From Eledone cirrhosa (taxonomy: Eukaryota): DNA of 64,000 nt. This document shows, piece after piece, positions 54,393-64,000 of the stretch. Where the stretch lies: assembly GCA_964016885.1 (NCBI GenBank), contig OZ024742.1, positions 282,472,001 through 282,536,000 on the forward strand. The letters run 5' to 3'. A program made the position numbers and the translations under genes. A model generated the notes under the pieces. It saw nothing but the letters and a program-made list of their open reading frames with translations, did no database searches and was not told where the DNA came from. Positions within the stretch are counted from its first letter, which is position 1. Each line of letters begins with the position of its first letter.

Positions 54393-55018
54393 TGTATGTA
54401 TCTATTTCCTTATGTATGTGTGGATGGACGGATGTAAGAATGTATGTATATTTGTATGTATGTATGTTTGAATGTATGTATGTATGTATGTATGTATCTA
54501 TGTATGTATGTATGTATACACACATACGCAGACACACACTTATATATATGTGTGTATGTATCATAATAAGTAACTGAAGCCCCGTATTTGTGAAAGTTAC
54601 AAATCTATTTGGTCCCTTTATTTACAGCTCTTCATAATTTAAATGCTAAAAGTCTCATCCACCAACCTTATCAAACACAACTCACACACACTCACACATA
54701 CACACACATACACACACACACACACACACATTCACACACGCACTCGCACAACCTTCTATGAACAATTTATCGCTGAGGGTATCACATGTTCTGTTGAAAA
54801 CAATGACACACACTAGTTTTCTATATGTTAATCTTTCTATCCTGCTCGTTCTCTTTATATATGTATGTGTGTGTGAGCGCACGCCCATGTAGGCTACCAT
54901 CAGGTTTCGTACTTGTACAGATAATGTTATCGAAGATAAAACATCTTTATAAATGGCTCTGTAATATCATTATTATATTAATATTTACCTCTTCTGCTGA
55001 TTATTAAAACCACACATG

Positions 55019-55250
55019 CGGTGAGTCGGCTGAAAATTCATGGGTTGAAAAGTTCATAGGCTGAAACGTTCGCAGGATGACCAAGATACTCTCATGGAAT
55101 TATCGAATGAGATTTATTTTTTAGCGTAGTCCCTGGAAAGAAGCTATGCAGTTATTAATAAGAAGAATTGAAATTAATGCTTCCAAGATTTCACAGCACT
55201 ACCATCACTCCTTCATAGTCAGCCTTTGATGTTTTCAGCCGACCCTCGTA
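55019..55250. mobile_element. MITE family B
   Basis: Right TIR TTCAGCCGACCCTCGTA. Confidence 0.75.
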
Positions 55251-55256
55251 TATATA

Positions 55257-55550
55257 ATTGTTTCTACTTTTTGGCACAAGGCCAGCAATTATCAGTACAT
55301 TACTGGTACTTTATTGTATCGACCCTGTAAGGATGAAAGGCAAAGTTAACCCTCGTATATATAATTGTTTCTACTTTAGGCACAAGGCCAGCAATTACCC
55401 AGTGTATTACTGGTACTTTATTTTATCGACCCTGTAAGGATGAAAGGCAAAGTCAACCTCGGCGGGATTTGAACTCAGATCGTAAAGGGACGTAACTATG
55501 CTGGAAAGCGTGGCGTCCGACTCTCTACCGATACTGCCAATCCACCGCCC
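55257..55550 (-). mobile_element. SINE family 1, full copy plus partial duplicate
   Basis: CCCTCGTATATATAAT occurs at 55243, 55350 and 55548. Confidence 0.85.
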
Positions 55551-55639
55551 TCGTATATATAATGAAAGCGAGGCTTAGATAGATATATTTCTTTATTGAT
55601 TATTTTTTTTTTTTTTATTTATTTATGATAGATAGATAT

Positions 55640-58600
55640 GTTTCTTTTATTTGCCACCAGGGCATCAAAAGTGGGACAAGTACAATGGGGGGGAGTTTAC
55701 AAAACAAGGCGTCCTCAATAGGGAGGAGGCAATAACAATATATAAAAAAAATAAAATATAACAAAAAATAGAATTATAACAAAATCCTCAATAGAGGATT
55801 TTGTTATAAAATATAACAAAAAATAAAATTTATAACAAAATCCTCAATAGAGAGGAGGCGCCTTGGGGGTCGCACACACCCCCGAAAAAAGTGTGCAACC
55901 CTTTTCCTCAGGAGCACAGAGAGGGGGTGCTCCCTCGTTCCTTCCTCTTTTCCACCTACAGGCTTATGTAAAGAGAAGGCCCATTCACACGGGCCATTCT
56001 CGCCACTTTCACCCACCTTTCATAAAAACGACTGGGGTGGAGCACCTCTCTCTCCATCCTGATCCTTCTTCCGAAATGATATCGGAAGAAACGGACCAGT
56101 TGTTGGCCAGAGAGAAAGGTGCCTGACCTCAGTCCTTTCAGACGCGTCCACCATACAACTTCTTTCACCATGGCTATTACGCACAGAAACACCGCCTCTC
56201 CTTCATCTTTGAAGGGGGGAGGCGGCTTGATTATTTCAATAGACTCGGTGGTCAACCGGATCGGTCCCACCCTTGACAGCAGTTGTTCGACATAGCCCCA
56301 CAGATCGGCTACGCCCGAGCAGTGTACCAATGCGTGTGCAACGGTTTCCTCGTCGCACACGCATCTGGGACAGATCTTTTTGGCGGGGTCCCTACCCGGG
56401 CGCCCGTGCCTGTAGAGATTTTCTCGAACGGGTAGAGCCCCTCGGTAGCACTGCCAGGCCAGGGACTTCTGGAAGTTGTCCATAGGTCCTGGGCTGAATG
56501 TCCTACCGAACAGGCTGGCCAGTTCGTCCTCCTCCATGTCTAGGGCTTCTCCGAGGGCGTCGTCGCACCTGCTGCGTACCAGCCCTCTATAGAATGTTGC
56601 GGTGGAGTCTCCACTGATAACCGGATCCGCCTGCCAGAGGGCGGTGAGCGCCTGGGCACACTCAGTGTGCCAGGCGCCCAGTTTTCTCGGTCTTTGCTTG
56701 ACCCAGGATTGCAGCTCGGTGAGTGAGACGAGTCTGGGAAAGGTTCGTCTCACAAACGAGGCCCACACCGGTTGACCGGTGAGGAATACGTAGAGGTGCC
56801 GTAGCCTTAATGCGTGTTTACGCATCATTAGCCACGGCATCCCCAGCCCTCCTTTCGAAGGGTGTTGACAGCAGATGGATCTCCTCACCATAGGAGCCCG
56901 CCTCTTCCAAAGGAATTGGAAGAGCGCGCGCTCCATCTTGGTGAGGGTTTCCCTTGGGCAGGGCACTACGGTCAGGCGGTAGTAGATGACGGACGCTATA
57001 TAGGTGTTCGCCACCTACGCCTGACCTTTCAGGGATAGTTTGCAACTGGCCCACTTCTGGGTCAGTGCAAACACCCTGTTCGTAACCTCCGCCCAGTTTT
57101 TCTCCACCTGGAGGTCCGGTCCGAACCAGACCCCGAGCAACTTCACCGGGCCCTCCGTCCAGCGTCCGACGACGCCATCGGAGGGCATCGGTCTGCCCCT
57201 CCACGTGCCGAGTTGCAAACCGATCGACTTGTCCCGGTTCAGCTTAGCCCCTGTGAACCTTTCGTACTCCTCCAGTAAGGTGCCGACCGCCTCGATTTCG
57301 GAGGCCGTCGACACCATTACTGTCACGTCATCGGCGTAGGCCGACACCGCTTTCCGCAATCCCGGTTCCAAAGGGATGCCCTGCAACAACTCCAACTTCC
57401 GCAGTAGTGGCTCGAGAGTCAACACATACAGAAGGGAGGAGAGAGGGCACCCTTGTCGGATGGACCGCGCGATTTTGAACGGCTCCGAGAGGTAGCCGTT
57501 CACCTTGACCCTAGAACAGATGCGGCTGCTGTGCATAGCAGTGATCCAGCCCCTGAAAACGGGTCCGAAGCCTGCCGCCGCTAGCACCGCATCCAGGTAA
57601 CCATGGTCGACCCTATCGAACGCCTTAGATTGATCAAAGTTGATCAGAGCCCCACCAAAGCCGGGTTCGTTCCCAACCCTCTCTATGATGTATCGCATGA
57701 GGTGGAGGTTGTTATGGATGGACCTGGACGGGATAGCGCATGTCTGCGCATCTCCCACCAGGTTGCCCACGACAAGCGCCAACCTCTTTGCTAGCACCTT
57801 GGCCAAAATCTGTAACTCTGTATTTAGCAGAGTTATGGGCCTGAAGTTACTTATTTCGTCCCCCTTGTTCTCGTCCTTCCTCACTAGCGTGACTACGCCC
57901 TTGGTCACAGTACAGGGAATTCTCCCGCTCTGTTGCCAGTTGCAGTAGACCGCCTCGAGGAGATCGGGGAACAAGTCCGGCATAGCTAGATATAATTCGT
58001 AAGGAAGACCATCGAGACCCGGGGATTTGCGTTTGCCGCATTGGCCCAGCACGTCCTCTATCTCAGCGGCCGAAATCGGCTCCTCGCAGGACTTCGCCTC
58101 CCTGTCCGAGAGACGCGGCAGGCCGTCGAGGTATGGACCGAAGTCCACATTCCCAACCGGCTCCCCGCCCCTCCCGAACAGTCGGGCAAAGTGCCTTTGA
58201 AAGGCCTCACACATCTGCTTAGGCTCAAGAATCGCCCGTCCATCCAGGTCTCGCAAAGACCGGATAGTGGATTTAGTTCCACTGTTGGCCTGTGTCACGC
58301 GGGCCCAGCTAACAGCTTTGGTCCCCTCGTTCCCTAGAGCACGTATTTTACTTCGGACAACGCAGCCTTCGTGCTTCGCGTCGAAAAACTGGCTCAAAGC
58401 CGTTCTCGACGCTAGCACTCTGGCCACGTCGCCGCTTCTAATTGCCTCTTCTACTCTATCTATTAGCTCCCTTTCCTTCCTATTCCTATCCGCAGCTAGA
58501 ACCTTACTAAATTCTATCGAGACTACTCTAATCTCTCTCTTTAGAGATACCCACCACCTGCTGTTGACGATCGCTCCAGTCAATCGTTCCTTAACTAACG

Positions 58601-59387
58601 TACTAATCCGACCCCTGTAGGCTCTACTTGCCGGCAAGGACAAGTTGAGCTTCCAGTAACCGGGGACCTGTCTATGCGTTCTATCAAGGTTGACCATGCA
58701 GGTCACCAACTTATGGTTTGAATAGCCAACCATGAGCATTTCTGGACAACTTAAAAAGTCCCTGTCCTTATTTCTAACTAAAAATCTATCTAGGTACGAC
58801 CTAGATGATCCGCTGCGATTTGACCAAGACTAGGTTGGCACCGTCGGAAAATCTAGTCGAAATCTATCGGCCGAGTAACTCCTTGAGGCTGTTGCACCCC
58901 TCTCTATCGGGACATGCCCCTGCATAGTCCCAACGTGCATCCAGGATACCATTCCAATCCCCCACTAAAAGCAGGGAACGGGACGTCCCTAGAAAAGACT
59001 CCAGACGCTGGAAAAAGTCGGGCCGCCCTGTTCCAAAAGGGGCATATGCGGCTACCAGCCTAAAGGCTCCACCTTCACCACTGCCAAGGTCCAGCACCAC
59101 CAGTCGACCCCCTGGGTTCAAGTGAACTATCTGTGTTGCAAGGCCCATATGTTTTTGCAGCAGAACGACAACCCCACCCCCACCTCCGGGCTGACAGAGA
59201 GATGCGTGCATCTCAAATTCGTCAAAGGTGGGGGCTAGCTGTCGCATGCTGCTGATCCGGGCCTCGCAGATAACCATCACATTTATAGATTGTGACCTGA
59301 GGTCATTTAGAAGCATTGCTTGCTTCCAAGACGAGCCCAGGCCACGCGCATTTAGATACCCTACTCTTAGCACAGCCATGTTGGTGG
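55640..59387 (-). mobile_element. Tx1/L1-clade LINE, subfamily A: full-length ORF2 (APE endonuclease, RT, CCHC) with few lesions, no ORF1
   Basis: ATG at 59379 (MAVLRVGYLNARG); GDWN, KSPGLDG, FRPITLLN, DQSKAFDRV, RQGCPLS, YADD, CPRC..H..C; stop at 57015, frameshift near 58870; AATAAA at the 3' end. Confidence 0.93.

Positions 59388-59440
<53 letters not shown>
59388..59440. repeat. (GATA)n tract joining the two LINEs
   Basis: Directly visible. Confidence 0.95.
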
Positions 59441-62400
59441 TTCTTTATTAGCCACAAGGGCGCAACAAGAAAGGGGACAATACAAAGACATGCCGGGGAT
59501 TTTACATACAGTCGTGTAAAAAATATAAAAACAAATAATTTCAACAATCGAAATCCCCAATAGGGGGGAGGCGCCACAAATGGGTTGTTTAATACCCGGT
59601 CGATAGAACAACCCTCAACTCGAGGAGCGTGTTGTGCAAGTGCTCCTTTCTTCCTTTTGCTCTCTTCCTCAACCTACAGGCTTATAAACAGAGAAGGCCC
59701 AATCACTCGGGCCATTTTCGCTTCATTCACCCACCTTTCAGTAAATTTACTGGGGTGCAGTGCCTCTCTCTCCACCCTGATTCTCCTTCTAAAGTGATAC
59801 TTAAAGAAGGGAATCAATTGTTGTCCGGAGAGAAAGGCATCTGTCCTCAGTCCTCTCAACCTCGTCCACCATATAACTTCTTTCACCATAGCCACCGTAC
59901 AGAGGAAAACCGCCTCTCTTTCGTTTTTGAAAGAGTCTGGCGGTTTGATCCTTACTATGGACTCGGCAGTCAACTGTATTTGTCCCATACGCGACAGCAG
60001 TTGTTCTGCATAGTTCCACAGGTCGCTTACGCCCGGGCAGTGTACAATTGCGTGCAGAACTGTTTCAATGTCCTGCGCACATCTTGGACACGTCCTCTTG
60101 GAAGGATCCCTGCCAGGGCGTCCGTGCCTGTAGATCTTGTCACGAACCGGTAGAGCTCCTCGGTAGCACTGCCAGGCCAGGGACCTCTGGAAGTTGTCCA
60201 TAGGTCCCGGACGGAAAGTCCTACCAAACATACTGGTGAGCTCATCGTCTTCGACGCCCAGAGTCTCTCCGAGCACGTCGTCGCCCTTGTAACGTACAAT
60301 CCCTCTATAGAATGTCGAAGTGGAGTCTCCACTGATTGCTGCGCCCGCTTGCCAGAGGACTGTGAGCGCCTGAGCGCATTCAATGTGCCAGGCGCCCATC
60401 GTTTTCGGTCTTTTCTTCACTCAGGACTGCAGCTCCGTTAGCAAGACGAGCTGTGGGAAAGCCTGTCTCACAAACGGTGCCCACACCGGTTGGGGGTTGG
60501 TGAGGAATACCTGGAGATGCCGCAGCCTCAGCGCATGTTTGCGCATCATCAGCCACGGCATTCCCAGCCCTCCGTTGGAAGGGTGCTGACAGCAGACGGA
60601 TCTCCTCACCAGCGGAGCCTGCTTCTTCCACAGAAACTGGAAGAGCATGCGTTCCATCTTGGCGAGGTGTTCACGGGGACAAGGCACGACAGTCAAGCGG
60701 TAGTAGATGACGGACGCTATGAAAGTGTTCGCCACCTCCGCTCGACCTTTCAAGGACAGTTTGCACTCTGCCCACTTCTGAGTGAGTGCAAACACCTTGG
60801 CCGTGACCTCGTTCCAGTTTTTCTCCACCTGGAGGTCTGGACCGAACCAGACCCCGAGCAATTTCACCGGTCCGTCCGTCCAGCGTCCAACGACGCTGTC
60901 GGATGTCATCGGTTTGCCTCTCCACGTACCGAGTTGCAAACCGACAGACTTGTCTGGGTTTAGTTTTGCTCCCGTCAGCGTTTCGTATTCTTTCAGTATG
61001 TTGCCGATCACCCCGATTTCTGAGGTGCTCGACACCATTACTGTCACGTCGTCGGCATAAGCCGACGCCGCTTTGCGCAGTCCCGGTTCTAGGGGATGCC
61101 CTGCAACAGCTCCAATTTCCGCAGTAGTGGCTCTAGAGTCAATACATACAGAATGGAGGAGAGAGGGCATCCGTGTCGAATGGAACGAGTGATTGCGAAC
61201 GGCTCCGATAGGTAGCCGTTCACCTTGATCCTCGAGCAGATGCTGGTGTGCATCGCCTCGATCTATCCTCTGAACACGGGACCGAAACCGGCCGCCTTGA
61301 GAACCGCTTCCAAGTATCGATGGTCGACCCTATCGAATGCCTTAGACTGATCCAAGTTGATCAGAGCCCCACCGAAGCCGGGTTTACTACCCACCCTCTC
61401 TATGATGTATCGCATGAGGTGGAGGTTGTCGTGTATGGACCTGGTCGGGATTGCACACGTTTGCGCTTTCCCTACCAGGTTCTCGACGACAAGCGCCAAC
61501 CTCGTCGCTAGCACCTTGGCCAAAATCTTTAACTCTGTGTTGAGCAGAGTTATGGGCCTGAAGTTGTTAATTTCGTCCCCCTTGTTCTCGTCTTTCCTGA
61601 TCAGCGTTACTACGCCCTTGCCTGCAGAACTGGGAATTCTCCCGTTCTGCTGCCAATTGCAGTAGACGGCTTCGAGGAGGCCAGAGAACAAGTCCGGCAT
61701 GCCTATGTAAAATTCGTAGGGTAGACCATCTAGACCGGGTGACTTGCGTTTCCCGCAGCGTCCCAGAGCGTCCCGTATCTCAGTGTCCGTGATCGGTCTT
61801 TCGCAGAACTCGGCGTCCGTGTTCGAGAGACGCGGCAGGCCGTCGAGGTATGAACTAAAGTCCATTTCCCCGTTCGGCTCACCGTCGTTCTGCTCAAACA
61901 GTCGCGCAAAGTGCCGCTGAAAGGCCGCGCACATTTGCTTGGGGTCAAGTAGCACGCGTCCGTTTTGGTCTTTCAAAGACCGAATCGTGGACTTGTTGCC
62001 ACTTTTTGCCTCCGCCACTCGGGCCCAGCTGACAGCTTTCGCTCCTTCGTTTCCTAGAGCACGTGTTTTGCTTCTGACCACGCAGCCTTCGTGTTTCGCA
62101 TCGAAGAACTGGTCCAGTGCCGTTCTCGACGCTAACACTCTAGCCGCGTTGCCACTTCTAAGTGCCTCCTCTACCTTGGCTACTAGTTCTCTTTCTATTC
62201 TGTTTTTCTCTAAGGCTAACTCTCTGCTATACCCTATCGATTCTATTCTAATTGCTTTCTTGAGAGAGTACCACCATCTATTGTTGACGATGGCTCCCGT
62301 TAACTGTTGCTTGACTAGTTTACTTATCCGTTCACTGTAAGCTTTACGTGCCGGCAACGACACGTTCAGCTTCCAGTATCCGGGACCCTGTCTATGTATT

Positions 62401-63767
62401 CTATCACGGTTGACTAAGCAGACGACTAACTTGTGATCTGAATAGGCAACCATGTGCATTCGTGGACAGCTTAACATATCCTTGTCCCTTTCTCTAATGA
62501 AGAACCTATCTAAATACGATCTAGATGTCCCACTGCGGTTTACCCACGTCCACTGTGGTGCAGTCGGGAAATCCAGTCGATACCTATCGGCCAGTTGGAA
62601 TTGGCCGATTAAAGTTTTGAGGCTGTTGCACCCCGCTCTACTGGGACATGCTCCCACATAGTCCCATCGTGCATCTAGGATACCATTCCAGTCCCCCACT
62701 AAAAGTAAGGAGCGAGACGTTCCCAGAAAAGACTCTAGACGCTTAAAGAAGTCTGGCCGTGATTGCGATTGCCCGGTCGGGGCATAAACGGCTACCAGTC
62801 TGAAGGCTCCAACTCCAATACTGTCCACGTCTAGGACTACCAGTCTACCCTCCGGGTCCAAGTGTACTTGCTGTACTCCGACGTCCAGGTTCTTCCGAAA
62901 CATAACAGCCACTCCACCTCCACCTCCTGGCTGACAGAGAGATGCGTAGATCTCAAAGTCGTCGAAGATGGGGGGTTAGTTGCTGCCTGTTGTGGATTCT
63001 GGACTCGGTGATGGCTATCACATCCATACTGTGTGACCTAAGGTCGTTTAAAAGTTGGCCCTGTTTCCAGGGCATCCCTAGGCCACGCACATTCACGGTT
63101 CCAACTCGTAAACCAGCCATGTTGGTGAAGAAAAGTTGGAGAAAAAGGACGAAAGGTGCACTTACCTTTTCGTTTCCTGGAGATCGGGTTGTTCAATCTC
63201 CATTTGGGTGCTGGATGGGGTGTTGGGTGGGGTGGGGAAACCTTTCAACAGGACGCGGTTGATGGGTTTGTGGCAGGGGTTGCCCACGTCCTGTGAAAAT
63301 TTAATTTTCAGGTCTTTATAGGTTTCCATAGAAACCCTTATAAGTTTAAGGTGTGGAGACGATTCTGCCTTGACGAAAGTTTTGCCCTCCGTCTCCACCT
63401 TGGGGTTTTGGGAGATGACCTCCATCAAACTCTTGTTGTTTGTGTTGATGTATGTGTATTGTTGTTTGTGTTTTTGTTGCATTGTTTTAGTTTGTTGTTC
63501 ATCCGGGAGTTTTCTTTTTATGGTGGGTGCTTGTGTTTGGGGTGGTGTTGGTGCTGGTTTTGCTGATAGGGGGATGTTTGACTGTGGTGTTGTTTGTGTT
63601 GTTGTTTGTGTCTGTGGTTGTGTGTTGGTGTTGGTGATTGGAGTTTGGGAGGTTTTGTGGTGTCTCTTTTTTTGTTTTTTGGATTTACGCGGTTCTCCCT
63701 CTTCTTCACTTAAAGAAGGAGAAGCAGCTTCATCCGTCGATGAATAATGGTCTTTCATCTTCCTCAC
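59441..63767 (-). mobile_element. Tx1/L1-clade LINE, subfamily B: ORF1 C-terminal part plus full-length disrupted ORF2
   Basis: ORF2 ATG at 63120; segments 61263-62912, 60421-61170 and 59674-60420 are collinear with subfamily A; Trp-to-stop changes at 61263 and 60421. Confidence 0.93.
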
Positions 63768-64000
63768 CAATAGACTCGGTGGTCAACCGGATCGGTCCCA
63801 CCCTTGACAGCAGTTGTTCGACATAGCCCCACAGATCGGCAATACCCGAGCAGTGTACCAATGCGTGTGCAACGGTTTCCTCGTCGCACACGCATCTGGG
63901 ACAGATCTTTTTCGATGGGTCCTTACCCGGGCGCCCGTGTCTGTAGAGCCTTTCTCGAACGGGCAGAGCCCTTCTGTAGCATTGCCAGGCCAGGGACCAC
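63768..64000 (-). mobile_element. Third Tx1 copy (subfamily A ORF2 C-terminal region), runs off the window
   Basis: Highly similar to 56237-56468. Confidence 0.9.

Overview
Repeat-saturated, AT-rich animal DNA with no recognisable host gene. The SINE, MITE and microsatellite content suggests an octopus or other mollusc genome (inference). Most ORFs in the track are microsatellite artefacts. Real coding relics are all retroelements: a 5'-truncated Penelope-like element (PLE; RT plus GIY-YIG, 43046-47190) with about 0.85-0.95 kb inverted pseudo-LTRs; a head-to-tail cluster of Tx1/L1-clade LINEs (55640-64000) plus a relic at 1480-3083; a CRE-like RT-RLE element (34615-36243); an R4/Dong-like RLE fragment; and several RTE and CR1/L2 fragments. 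There are also many tRNA-derived SINEs and Tc1/mariner-, hAT- and piggyBac-like MITEs. The most striking signal is that the short unique islands between (TA)n tracts are mostly non-coding, PLE-like tails. They carry about ten sequence-unrelated type I hammerhead ribozyme folds, including non-canonical cores such as a U3-A8 covariant, and are often duplicated as fold-back hairpins whose turning point can lie inside the ribozyme. All folds were paired by eye; none was computed or tested.
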